Source of the DNA: Planctomycetia bacterium
GTDB taxonomy: Bacteria > Planctomycetota > UBA1135 > GCA-002686595
DNA: 52,220 nt
Assembly: GCA_005789645.1 (NCBI GenBank)
Contig: SXXH01000098.1
Span: 1-52,220 of the forward strand
Direction of reading: 5' to 3'
In this document: positions 34,659-44,173 of the stretch, in pieces
How positions within the stretch are numbered: position 1 is the stretch's first letter
How the letters are laid out: every line of letters starts with the position of its first letter
The notes under the pieces: model-generated
The model's database searches: none
The model's input: the letters and a program-made list of their open reading frames with translations, nothing else
What the model was told of the DNA's origin: nothing
Made by a program: the position numbers and the translations under genes

Positions 34659-35654
34659 ATGGCCCACGACACCACCGACAGCGTCGCGCGCATGCCCGAT
34701 GCCGCGAGCCGCGTTCCAGACGCGCGCGACATCGCCCCGCCGGAGCTGGGCGTGGCTCCACCTTCGTCGCTGCACGGGTTGCAGGGCTGGTTGATGCGCT
34801 GGGCCGCATCGGGCTGGCTGCCCATCCGCGGGTTCTGGCCGCGCACCGAATTCGAGCCGCAGGCGAAGGGCGGCAGGCTCCGCATCGAGATCGTCAGCCA
34901 CTGCTGGAACTACTCCCACCTGCTCGAGCACCAGCTCGGTTCGCTGGTGCTGCATCCACCGCGCGAAGTGGAAGCGACCATGACGGTGTACTTCTGCCGG
35001 GAGGATCGACGCACGGCGCGTCTCCTCGAGGTCGCCGCGAAGCAGGAGCCGGCCAACGTGCGCTGGCAGTGGCGGGCGCTGGCCAAGGAGCACTTGTTCC
35101 GCCGTTCGATCGGCCGCAACCACGCGGCGCTGGCGACGCGGGCCGACTGGATCTGGTTCACCGATTGCGATCTCTTGTTCGGCGAAGGCTGCCTCGACGC
35201 GCTCGGTCGCGCCCTGCAGGGCCGCGTCGAACCGCTCGTGTACCCGCGTCAAGAGAATTTGACAACGCTGCTGGACGACGCGGCGCTCGCCGGGGAAGCC
35301 GAGCCGCGCCTGCGCCAGCCATCCGGCGAGTTGGAGTTCAGCTCCACGATCGCCACCAAGGCCAAGGGTCCGCTGCAGATCACCCACGGGGACGTGGCTC
35401 GCGCCCTCGGTTATTGCCGCGACATCTCGTGCTATCAGCGCGCCGAGCGCGAGTTCCAGAAGTGCCGCGAGGACACGGCCTTCCGCTGGATCCTCGGCAC
35501 CCACGGGGTCCCCATCGACCTGCCCGGCGTCTCGCGCCTGCGCCATGCCAGCAAGGGCCGCTACCACGGATCCGAAGCCTCGAACAAGCTGCGGCTCTTC
35601 GCGCGCAGGCTGCAAGAGCGCTGGCGCGCGCGGCGCCGACACGCGAAATCCTAG
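34659..35654 (+). CDS. putative GT-A fold glycosyltransferase (divergent)
   Basis: RIEIVSHCWNYSHLL..., and WIWFTDCDLLFGEGCL as a DxD-like motif. Weak assignment. Confidence 0.45.
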   Translation: MAHDTTDSVARMPDAASRVPDARDIAPPELGVAPPSSLHGLQGWLMRWAASGWLPIRGFWPRTEFEPQAKGGRLRIEIVSHCWNYSHLLEHQLGSLVLHPPREVEATMTVYFCREDRRTARLLEVAAKQEPANVRWQWRALAKEHLFRRSIGRNHAALATRADWIWFTDCDLLFGEGCLDALGRALQGRVEPLVYPRQENLTTLLDDAALAGEAEPRLRQPSGELEFSSTIATKAKGPLQITHGDVARALGYCRDISCYQRAEREFQKCREDTAFRWILGTHGVPIDLPGVSRLRHASKGRYHGSEASNKLRLFARRLQERWRARRRHAKS

Positions 35655-35679
35655 CCGCGCCCATCCAGCGCGGCTGGAT

Positions 35680-36561
35680 TCAGTCCCTGACCGCATGCCT
35701 CGACGAGTACGCGAGCCGCGTGCGCTCGAGCACTACCACTGCCCGCAGCAGCCATGAAATGCCGCATAGCTGCAACCGGCGGAACAGGTCGAGTTCATTC
35801 ATCCGCAGCAACCGGCGAGTGGCTCGAATCGACGGCAGCATGCGCCTCAGAGGAGGCGCGTAGAGGCGCCAACCACGCTTCCGCTCTCTCAGGAAGCGCG
35901 CTCCATCCACGCGTCGCTGCTTGCGCACCAAGGCGGCAAGTGTCGCGCGCGCGGGGTGCCTGATCCTGAGGCCTGGCGCGAAGGCGATGGTGCCGCCGGC
36001 CACGCTGGCGCGCTCGCCCCACTCGCGGTCCCCGCCTGAATAGAGGTCGGTCCTGAACGGCCCGACGAGATCGAAGGCGCGCTTGAATACCACGAGATTC
36101 GACGTTGCCGCCCAGCCAGCCGCGGCGTACTCCGCCTGCTTCATCCAATGCAGGCTGTCGTACAACTCCACCGCGGTCCACTCCGCGCCTTTCTTCGTGA
36201 ACTCCACGGCGCCAGCGACCCTGTCGAGCGGTGCGCGTCCTTGCATCAGCGACAGCCCCACATCCAGCCAATCACGCTCCGGAAGGCAATCGCCATCAGT
36301 GAAGAACACAACCCGACCCTTGGCGTGCACCAAGGCGGCGTTCCGCGCCGCGTAGGATCCCGGTTGCTGGACGTGCACGATGAGGGCGTTGGGCGGCAGA
36401 CGCAACCCACTGGGTGGCGCGGGCTCTTGGTTGTTGTTGGCCACCACCACCTCGAAGCGCGACGGGGCCAGACTCTGGTTGGCCAAGGCGTCCAGGCATC
36501 GCTGCACTCCTTCCCAGTCGTTGTAGGTGGGCACGACGACGGTGGCATCCAACGTGTCCAT
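35680..36561 (-). CDS. family 2 glycosyltransferase (293 aa), paralog of 39174..40055
   Basis: [34 protein letters not shown] (DxD), and a basic C-terminal tail with a hydrophobic segment. Start at ATG 36561. Confidence 0.85.
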   Translation of the reverse strand: MDTLDATVVVPTYNDWEGVQRCLDALANQSLAPSRFEVVVANNNQEPAPPSGLRLPPNALIVHVQQPGSYAARNAALVHAKGRVVFFTDGDCLPERDWLDVGLSLMQGRAPLDRVAGAVEFTKKGAEWTAVELYDSLHWMKQAEYAAAGWAATSNLVVFKRAFDLVGPFRTDLYSGGDREWGERASVAGGTIAFAPGLRIRHPARATLAALVRKQRRVDGARFLRERKRGWRLYAPPLRRMLPSIRATRRLLRMNELDLFRRLQLCGISWLLRAVVVLERTRLAYSSRHAVRD

Positions 36562-36989
36562 GCGGCAATTCTCCTGCACCAAGCACTTCGACTTCTTCGA
36601 GTGCGTGGCCAATGTCCTCGCACACCGCGCGGATGGAATTCCGCGCCCGAGATTCAACCTATGCAGCCGACTGGGGTCGAATCAAGTGTGTCCAAGGGTC
36701 GGCGCACGCATCATCGAAACGCATGTTCGCGCCAGCGAGCGAACAAGGCTGGTTGGATTGGTGGAACGCGGAGCGATCTCGACGCGGGCGCTCGGCTCGC
36801 AGCGCAGCAGGCGCAGATGCCTGGCGGCCACGCGCGTCCAACGCATCCGCATCCGATCGAACGGCTCGCGCGAGGAGGGTGCTTCGCGGTTCTGCGACTG
36901 ATGCACCCTCCCGTGTCCATCCAGCTCCGCTCGGCCACAGGCCTTGACGAAAGCAGAAGCGCGAGTCGGGCGCCATGTGTGCGCCACAC

Positions 36990-38078
36990 CTAACGGCTGG
37001 TGCGGAGCATGTCCTCGGCGACATCGTCCCACAGCGCGGACAGGGCCGCCTTGTGCCGGCTCGCCGCGGCGCCAATGCGCGCTGCGAGTTCCACGGCGCC
37101 ATCAGGCCGCAGGATCGTCTCCATCCGAGCGACGAACGCTTGCGGATCACCTGCGTAGAGCAACTCCGGGCAATCGAAGTCCGCCAGCAGCTCCTCGTAC
37201 TTGTGGGACCAGCCGATGGCGAGGCTCGGCACGCCCGAGGAGAGGCCGCTCACCAGTCCATGGAACCGAGCCGTCGCGATGCAACGCGCGCCAGCCAGCA
37301 GCGCCTTGATGTCCAAGGCGTCTTCCAATGCCACGACCCGCAGTCCACCTGCACGCTCCACCAACTGGCGGGCCAAGCGCTCGTCGGCCTCGGGCTCGTG
37401 CAGCACCACGATCGGCTCCACGCCGGCCTCGCGGCAGATCTTGGCGCAGCGAGCGTACAAGTCGACCAGCGCGGCCTCGTCGAGCGCACCTGACCGCACC
37501 GTCATCGCGTTGGGAACGAGGCACGCATACGGTCCCGCGGGACGTTCGATGCGGCGCTTGGAGGCGTCGAGTCCGATGGTGATGTCGGGATGGGCGCGCA
37601 ACTCGCGCGACACGCCCAAGGAACGCAGGTGCTCGAGGGACGCCCGATCGCGAGCACCGATGAAGCGCGCGCCAGCGACGATGCGGCGCATCTCGGCCAC
37701 GAGACCGGGCTCGCTGAAGGGACCGAAGGCCTGCGGGAGCAAGTAGGTCGGCAGCCCGGCGCGGATCGCGGCCCCCGCGCGCTGCTTGGCTTTCTTGGGC
37801 CCCCAATAGTCGCCGTAACCGAAGCCGGAGATGTCCACCACATGCGTGTGGCGCGGCCCCAGCCCCACGAGACGCAACAAGCGCTCCTTGCCGGGCGAAC
37901 GGGCCGGGCGCGAAGGCATGCCCAGGGCGGCGCGGGCGGCATCGGGACCTTGCGCCGGCGATGTGAAGCGAGCGCCACGCAACCGTCGGCCCAACTCGTC
38001 CACCGTGGCGCGAGCCATGAGCTCCGCGCCCTTGTTGGGCAACCAGACGCCTTGGATGTCGACGACGATGTCAACCAT
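36990..38078 (-). CDS. polysaccharide pyruvyl transferase family protein (CsaB/WcaK/EpsO-like)
   Basis: ARCIATARFHGLVSGLSSGVPSLAIGWSHKYEEL matches the family motif R-x-H...G-x-P...Y-x-x-K. The N-terminus is VDIQGVWLPNKGAELM. Its start overlaps the upstream stop by 8 nt. Confidence 0.8.
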   Translation of the reverse strand: MVDIVVDIQGVWLPNKGAELMARATVDELGRRLRGARFTSPAQGPDAARAALGMPSRPARSPGKERLLRLVGLGPRHTHVVDISGFGYGDYWGPKKAKQRAGAAIRAGLPTYLLPQAFGPFSEPGLVAEMRRIVAGARFIGARDRASLEHLRSLGVSRELRAHPDITIGLDASKRRIERPAGPYACLVPNAMTVRSGALDEAALVDLYARCAKICREAGVEPIVVLHEPEADERLARQLVERAGGLRVVALEDALDIKALLAGARCIATARFHGLVSGLSSGVPSLAIGWSHKYEELLADFDCPELLYAGDPQAFVARMETILRPDGAVELAARIGAAASRHKAALSALWDDVAEDMLRTSR

Positions 38079-39117
38079 GGATGCGCAGGACCCTCGCGAC
38101 CGAGCGCTTGCCGGAGTACGGGATCATGGCATCCGGCTTGGGATGGCCCACTCCGATGAGCATGATCGGCACTTGGTGGGGCGCGAGGCCTAGGAGACGG
38201 CGCATGGCTTCGTGGTTGTCGGGCAGGTCCGGCCAGTTGATCGGCACGGAGCCCAGACCAAGCGTGGTGAGTGCCAGCATGAACTGCATCGCGGCCAATG
38301 ACGAGTCGATGTGCACGAGATGGCGATCGCGTGGCTCCGCGTACATCGAGAGGTCGCCGACGACGCATGCCAGGGCGGGCAGGTCCGCGCCGAAGCCGGC
38401 CGTGCCCAGCGGCAGCGCCGCCATGTCCCGGATGAGGTCGCGACGCAGGGCGCAGTGGAACGTGAAAGGCTGGCGGTTGCACGCGCTGGGAGCCTGCAGC
38501 GCGGCGGCCACCGCGGCCTCGAGATCCTCGGGGGCGACGGGCTTGTCCTGGAACCAGCGCTGCGAGCGCCGCGCGCGGACGAGGGCCAGGAACGACGGGT
38601 AGCCCACCGGAGCGCCTTGGGCGGCGACATAGGCCGGCAGCTCGCGCTCGGGATAAGGTGCGTGCTCAGGCGAGCCGGTCGAGCGCCTGGGCACGGCGGA
38701 CCACGCCGCGTGGGCCGCGGCGAGCCGAGGGTCCTTCAAGTCCACCACGGAGAAGTAGCGGGCCAGCACATCGGCGGCCCACTGGACCTCGATGGCGTCG
38801 GCGTCCGATTGGGCGGCCAAGCGCGCGTACAAGGCCACCGTGTCGTCGATGTACTCGATGCCGAACACCGACCTGCGATCAGGCATGCACAGGCCCTTCT
38901 CCAACCTGTGCACGTTCCGGCGCAGCAGCGGCGAAGTGCCTTCGCAACCGGTCTTCAGGCGCTGGAACTCCGCCATTCCCGCCAAGGTCGCCGCGCGTTC
39001 CGCGCGCAACTGCTCGTCGAGCACGCGGATGCGCTTGGATGGCACGCCTGATCGAAACGGGGTCAAAAGCCCGATGATCGCCTTGGCCAAACCACGCTTG
39101 TCGGAAGACCTGCCCAT
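38071..39117 (-). CDS. nitroreductase-fold flavoprotein with ~130-aa N-terminal extension
   Basis: RARRSQRWF and LQAPSACNRQPFTF are nitroreductase-family signatures, and the C-terminus is IMLIGVGHP. Start at ATG 39117 inside track ORF 38071..39993. Confidence 0.75.
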   Translation of the reverse strand: MGRSSDKRGLAKAIIGLLTPFRSGVPSKRIRVLDEQLRAERAATLAGMAEFQRLKTGCEGTSPLLRRNVHRLEKGLCMPDRRSVFGIEYIDDTVALYARLAAQSDADAIEVQWAADVLARYFSVVDLKDPRLAAAHAAWSAVPRRSTGSPEHAPYPERELPAYVAAQGAPVGYPSFLALVRARRSQRWFQDKPVAPEDLEAAVAAALQAPSACNRQPFTFHCALRRDLIRDMAALPLGTAGFGADLPALACVVGDLSMYAEPRDRHLVHIDSSLAAMQFMLALTTLGLGSVPINWPDLPDNHEAMRRLLGLAPHQVPIMLIGVGHPKPDAMIPYSGKRSVARVLRIHG

Positions 39118-39173
39118 GCCGTCGCTGCGCGGGAGTGTAGCGACCACGCGGGGGCCGGGGTACTCGAGGATCG

Positions 39174-40055
39174 TCAGGCGCGACGCGTCGTGGTTCCTTG
39201 GACGAGCAGGCGCAACCTCTCCCACAGGCCCAACAGGCGCAGCAGCCAAGCCACGAGGAAGACCAGCGGCTTGTGCCGCCACGCGAGCTCGCGTTGCCGC
39301 AGAACTCGTCGCGCGGACTTCAACGGTGGCAAGAGGTAGTTCAGTGGCGGCACCAGCCTGCGCCAGCTTCGAGAGGCGAGCAAGGCGTGGCGCCCGCCGT
39401 AGGTGCGACGTTGCTTCTTGGCCAACTCGGCGAAGCTTGCGCGCGCTGGATGCAGCACGCGCACCTCGTGAGCGCAGGCGATGCGCCCACCTGCGCGCTG
39501 GGCGCGCAGGTTCCACTCGCGATCGGCGCCGGAGTAGGTCCCTGCATCGAAGGCACCCACGCGATCGAAGGCCGAGCGACGCGTCACGAGGTTGGCGGTG
39601 GCGGCCCAACCAGCGCGCGCGTAGTCCTCTTGGCGCAACCATGTCGAGCGATCGTAGAGTTCCCACAGGTTCCAGCGCGGTTCGCGGCTGACTAGCTGAA
39701 CATGCCCGGCGATGCGGTCGAGTTCGCCCAAGCCGGCCATGCGAGCGAGGCCAGCCGCGATCCACTCCGGTTCCGGACGACAGTCGCTGTCGGTGAAGAA
39801 CAGCACCTCGCCGCGCGCCTCGCGCAGGGCTGCGTTGCGCGCCGCGTACGAGCCTGGAGCGGGAACGTGCACGATGCGCGCGTTGGCGGGCAGGCGCAAG
39901 CCGGAGGGCGGAAGTGGGTCGGCGTTGTTGTTCGCCACCAGCACCTCGAAACGCTCCGCGCAGGCGGTCTGCGCGGCCAGGGCGTCGAGGCATTCCTGCA
40001 AGGCATCCCAGTCCTTGTAGGTCGGCACCACCACGCTGGCCTCGAGGCCGTTCAA
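39174..40055 (-). CDS. family 2 glycosyltransferase (293 aa), paralog of 35680..36561
   Basis: [34 protein letters not shown]. Proposed TTG start at 40055 aligns residue-for-residue with the paralog's Met and forms a TTGA overlap with the upstream stop. GAGGGA lies upstream. Confidence 0.8.
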   Translation of the reverse strand: MNGLEASVVVPTYKDWDALQECLDALAAQTACAERFEVLVANNNADPLPPSGLRLPANARIVHVPAPGSYAARNAALREARGEVLFFTDSDCRPEPEWIAAGLARMAGLGELDRIAGHVQLVSREPRWNLWELYDRSTWLRQEDYARAGWAATANLVTRRSAFDRVGAFDAGTYSGADREWNLRAQRAGGRIACAHEVRVLHPARASFAELAKKQRRTYGGRHALLASRSWRRLVPPLNYLLPPLKSARRVLRQRELAWRHKPLVFLVAWLLRLLGLWERLRLLVQGTTTRRA

Positions 40056-40945
40056 GTCGGGCGTCCCTCGGCCTTGACGATGCCGTGCTTGGTCCAGCTG
40101 ACGCCGCTGCGGCGCACTTCGTGGATCCAGTCCTTGTTGCGCTTCTTCTTCTTGCCGTCGGCGTAGGGACGCGAATGGTCGAGGTGCACGAGTGGCGCGC
40201 TGAAGCGCAAGTGGCGCCCGGGGATGCCCGCGTTGCGCATGCGGTCGCCGAGCTCCTTGTCGAGGCCGCCGTAGGTGATGGTCTCGTCGAAGCCGTTCAC
40301 CGCGAGGATGTCGTCGCGCCACGCCGACCAGTTGGCTCCGCACAGCGAGCGGCGCGTCGGCCAGCAAAGCTCGAGCAGGTTCGAGAGCCACTTGGGGCAG
40401 GGCGCCGACTTGAGCCAAGTCGAGAAGCGATCGAAGGCTCGCTGCTCGCCCAGCCAATCGCGATCGAAGACCACGCCGCTCGCCACGAGCTCGGTCGTCA
40501 CCGCCGCCGTCGCGGGTGCGTCCAGACGGATCAAGCTGCCGGTGGACCAACGCCCGCGTCGCGCGAGTTCCAGGTGCCGCGCCACGAACATGGGGTGGAT
40601 CAGCACGTCGCCGTCGATGAACACGAGGAACTCGGCCTCGGAGCTGGCGATGGCCTTGTTCAGGATCGAACACTTCTGGAAGCCAAGGTCCTCGTGCCAA
40701 AGATGGCGCAGCCGCAAGTCCGGCCGCGCGGCGCGAAAGGCCTCGATCACGGCCTTGGTCTCGGGCCCGGACCCGTCGTCGGCGACGCAAATGGAATCGC
40801 AGGCCACCACCTGCCGTCCGACGGATTCGAGGCACAACGCCAGCGAACGCGGATTCTCGTAGGTCGTCAGCACCAGCTCGGTGCGGCGCGGCGTGGCGTT
40901 CGCGGCCGTGCGACCGGGCTTGTTCGATGTGGGGTCCGCGGCCAT
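40052..40945 (-). CDS. family 2 glycosyltransferase with galactosyltransferase-type C-terminal region
   Basis: [32 protein letters not shown] (DxD), and [22 protein letters not shown] (Glyco_transf_7C-like). Start at ATG 40945. Confidence 0.8.
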   Translation of the reverse strand: MAADPTSNKPGRTAANATPRRTELVLTTYENPRSLALCLESVGRQVVACDSICVADDGSGPETKAVIEAFRAARPDLRLRHLWHEDLGFQKCSILNKAIASSEAEFLVFIDGDVLIHPMFVARHLELARRGRWSTGSLIRLDAPATAAVTTELVASGVVFDRDWLGEQRAFDRFSTWLKSAPCPKWLSNLLELCWPTRRSLCGANWSAWRDDILAVNGFDETITYGGLDKELGDRMRNAGIPGRHLRFSAPLVHLDHSRPYADGKKKKRNKDWIHEVRRSGVSWTKHGIVKAEGRPT

Positions 40946-41254
40946 ATCGGGTCGCGGCCGAGCGGCCGCGCGCACCGGGAAAGGATGCGACTTGGCGGGC
41001 CATGGCGCAACGCGAGCCGGCCGATCGGGGCGCGAGCCTCGGCGGGAAGAGGAGCGCGGCCGCCTCCGGGCAGGGAGGCGGCCGCGCCGAAAGCGCCGGT
41101 CGGGGTGGCCGACCCGCGGGCCACGGCGGGGGCAGTCCGCCGTCGCCTGGCGCGTCCGAGGGCAGTCGGGCGCGCCGGGCTGCGAAATGAATCGCAGTGC
41201 TTGGACGCTCGGTGCGTCCGCCACCGACTGGCGCCGGTGGTGTGCGTGTGTGCG

Positions 41255-41791
41255 TCAGTACGCCGGCACGGCGCGGTCGATCGCGCGGCTCCATTCGTCG
41301 ATGCCGCCGCGCATGGACCAGACGTTGGTGAAGCCGTGGCCCTTGAAGTACGCGGCCACGTCGAGCGAACGCACGCCGCTCTTGCAGTGGAACACAATCT
41401 TCGAGTCCTTCGGCAGCTCCATGTACTTGCCGGGGTTGTCGTAGTCGAGCGGCTCGGACTGGGCGATCTTCGCCTGGAGCAGCTCCTCGGGCATGCGCAC
41501 GTCGAGGAACAGGAAGCGCTCGCCCGCGTCGAGCCAACCCTTCACCTCGGCGCAGGCGACCTGCAGCTTGGCGTCGGCCTCCTGCGCGTTGACGATCGTG
41601 CGCACGACCTCGTTGATGTCGAGGATGTTGTGGTCCTTGCAGACCTGCGCCAGCGTGTCGCTCGGCTGGAACCCGCACGAACTGCAGCCGCCCACGTGGT
41701 AGCGCTGGAACAGCGCGCGCTGCGCGGCGGGCGCGATGTCCATGATCTGCTCCATGGTCATCTCGGGACGGATTTGGGTGGCGAGGCTCAT
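41255..41791 (-). CDS. DUF1858-like (redox disulfide) domain + rhodanese domain protein
   Basis: N-terminal [23 protein letters not shown]. The C-terminal rhodanese has the active-site loop FHCKSGVRS. Confidence 0.8.
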   Translation of the reverse strand: MSLATQIRPEMTMEQIMDIAPAAQRALFQRYHVGGCSSCGFQPSDTLAQVCKDHNILDINEVVRTIVNAQEADAKLQVACAEVKGWLDAGERFLFLDVRMPEELLQAKIAQSEPLDYDNPGKYMELPKDSKIVFHCKSGVRSLDVAAYFKGHGFTNVWSMRGGIDEWSRAIDRAVPAY

Positions 41792-42133
41792 GATCAGGAG
41801 TACCTAGGCGGGCGGATTCGGGGTCGGGCGACTTGGACGGTCGTTTGGGCCGTCTTGGCGCGCCTTTTTGGACTTGCGCCGGGAGTCTACCGCGGACGGC
41901 CGAGTCGCGGCCCCCTAGGACAGGATGGCTTGTCGGCTGAAAATGGGAGGTCCTGCAGTTCCCTCGCGAGCTTTCGGCGCTCTTCCCGTCTCCGGGCCAC
42001 CCCAACACGACAGCGACGGGCGTGGAGGTCTGTGGCGGGGGCGGTGGGCGTCCCCTACCCTTGCCGCCCTGCGTGCCGCCGGCCGGCCCCAATGGGGGGG
42101 CCTGCGACGGGTGGCCCAAGAACCGAGGAAGCC

Positions 42134-43636
42134 ATGGCCGGAGCTCGCATCACACCCCGCGCGCAGGATTACGCGCAGTGGTACCAGGACGTCGTGCGCG
42201 AAGGAGGGCTCGCCGAAGCGGCCGAGGTCGTGCGCGGCTGCATGGTCATCAAGCCGCACGGCTACGCCGTGTGGGAGAAGATGCAGGCCGACCTCGACCG
42301 GCGCTTCAAGGAGACCGGGCACCAGAACGCGTACTTCCCGCTGCTGATCCCGCTCTCCGTCCTCGCCAAGGAAGCGCAGCACGTCGAAGGCTTCGCGATG
42401 GAGTGCGCCGTCGTCACGCACTCGGGTCTCAAGGCCCACGACGGCAAGATCAGCGTCAAGAACGAGCTCGAGGAGCCCTACGTGGTGCGCCCGACCTCGG
42501 AGACGATCATCGGCCACTTCTTCAAGAAGTGGATCGACTCGTACCGCGACCTGCCGATGCTGTTGAACCAGTGGGCGAACGTGATGCGCTGGGAGCTGCG
42601 CACGCGGCTCTTCCTGCGCACCGGCGAGTTCCTGTGGCAGGAAGGCCACACCGCGCACGCCACGCACGCAGAGGCGCAGGAGGAGGTCGCGCGCATGCTC
42701 GACGTGTATCGCGATTTCGCGCACGAGGTGATGGCGCTGCCCGTGATCCAGGGCGTGAAGACCGAGAACGAGCGCTTCGCCGGCGCGGTCGAGACGCGCT
42801 GCATCGAGGCGCTGATGCAGGACGGCAAGGCGCTGCAGGCCGGCACGAGCCACGACCTCGGCCAGAACTTCGGCAAGGCCTTCGACGTCACCTTCCAGAA
42901 CCAGCAGGGCGCGCGCGAGCACGTCTGGCAGACCTCGTGGGGCGTCTCCACGCGCCTCGTCGGCGCGGTCGTGATGGCGCACTCCGACGACGACGGCCTC
43001 GTGCTGCCGCCGCGCCTGGCGCCGATCCACGTGGTGTTCGTGCCGATCTGGAAGAGCGATGCGGAGAAGGCGCAGGTCTGCGAGGCGGCGCACAAGCTGG
43101 CCAAGGAGCTGCGCGAGGACGGTCTCGGCGTGAAGGTCGACGACCGCGACAACCTCCGTCCCGGCGACAAGTACTACGAGTGGGAGCGCAAGGGTGTCCC
43201 GCTGCGCATCGAACTCGGACCGCGCGATCTCGCCGCGGGCACGGTCATGGCCAAGCGCCGCATCGCGCCGCTCGACGCCAACGGCAAGGCGGTCAAGGAA
43301 ACGCTCTCGATGCAGGACCTGGGCGTGGCCGTCGGCCGCATCCTCGACGAGTTCCAGCGCTTCCTCTACGAGCGCGCGCTGGCCTTCCGCGAGGCGAACA
43401 CGGTCGTCGTCGACACCTGGGACGAGTTCGTCGCGGTGTTCAAGGGCGAGGGCTCCAAGTTCGTGCACGCGCACTGGGACGGCACCGGCGCGACGGAGAA
43501 GGCGATCAAGGAAGCCACCAAGGCCACCATCCGCTGCCTGCCGTACGACGGCCAGGGTCCGGCGCTCGAGCCGGGTCGTTGCATCAAGACCGGCGCGCCC
43601 AGCGCGCGCCGCGTGTTGTTCGCGAAGAACTACTGA
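42134..43636 (+). CDS. proS: proline--tRNA ligase (archaeal/eukaryote-like type without INS editing domain)
   Basis: Class II aaRS motifs ([32 protein letters not shown]), an anticodon-binding region, and the C-terminal Zn-domain ending FAKNY. GAGGAA lies upstream of ATG 42134. Confidence 0.9.
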   Translation: MAGARITPRAQDYAQWYQDVVREGGLAEAAEVVRGCMVIKPHGYAVWEKMQADLDRRFKETGHQNAYFPLLIPLSVLAKEAQHVEGFAMECAVVTHSGLKAHDGKISVKNELEEPYVVRPTSETIIGHFFKKWIDSYRDLPMLLNQWANVMRWELRTRLFLRTGEFLWQEGHTAHATHAEAQEEVARMLDVYRDFAHEVMALPVIQGVKTENERFAGAVETRCIEALMQDGKALQAGTSHDLGQNFGKAFDVTFQNQQGAREHVWQTSWGVSTRLVGAVVMAHSDDDGLVLPPRLAPIHVVFVPIWKSDAEKAQVCEAAHKLAKELREDGLGVKVDDRDNLRPGDKYYEWERKGVPLRIELGPRDLAAGTVMAKRRIAPLDANGKAVKETLSMQDLGVAVGRILDEFQRFLYERALAFREANTVVVDTWDEFVAVFKGEGSKFVHAHWDGTGATEKAIKEATKATIRCLPYDGQGPALEPGRCIKTGAPSARRVLFAKNY

Positions 43637-43693
43637 GTCGCCGGGAACCAGCAAGCCGACGCGAGCCACCAAGCCGACGCGGCGAACGCGACC

Positions 43694-44158
43694 ATGCACG
43701 CCACACAGCGCACGAAAGGACCGCGGTCGTCAAGTTTGCTTGACGGTCGAGGCGCGTGCACGGCGGCGCTGGCGCTGCTCGCCGCCGGCTGCTCCACCAC
43801 GCGCTGGCCGGCGGGCAGCTCGCGCGAGTTGATCGAAGCGCCGGAGCTGATCGCGCGCCGTGCCAAGGTCAGGTCGGAGAACGGAACCGCCGAGCTTTCG
43901 ATGGCCTGGATCGGCGCGCGCGTGCCGCCGGGGCTGGAGCGCATCGAGCGCGCCACCTTCGTGGTGTACCGCGACGACGACGGGGACGAACGGCCCGCCT
44001 TGCACGAGGTGCTCGTCGCGCGCGAGAGCTTGGAGCTAGCCGAGAAGGTCGTGTTCCACGACTTCCGTGTCGCGGCGCGGCCTCGACTGCGCGCGCGCCT
44101 GGCGCTGCGCCTTGGTGTCGTGCCCTACGAGTTCGACTTCGCCTTCGCGCGCGACTGA
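43694..44158 (+). CDS. small lipoprotein, unknown function
   Basis: Lipobox ALALLAAGC. No family recognised. Confidence 0.5.
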   Translation: MHATQRTKGPRSSSLLDGRGACTAALALLAAGCSTTRWPAGSSRELIEAPELIARRAKVRSENGTAELSMAWIGARVPPGLERIERATFVVYRDDDGDERPALHEVLVARESLELAEKVVFHDFRVAARPRLRARLALRLGVVPYEFDFAFARD

Positions 44159-44173
44159 ATCGCGCTCCGCGAC

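Noticed and set aside
36560-36901. A 113-aa plus-strand ORF in the glycan-cluster spacer (MRQFSCTKHFDFFECVANVL...).
   Set aside because: It is highly Arg-rich with no recognisable motif. It shows only moderate third-position GC bias and overlaps the divergent GT2 start codon. It is kept as a note under the spacer finding rather than as a feature.
39174-43636. The 981-aa (-) and 1240-aa (+) ORFs as giant genes.
   Set aside because: Each is an open frame running through several real genes. Recognisable sequence begins only at TTG 40055 (GT2) and ATG 42134 (proS). The remainder is low-complexity shadow translation.
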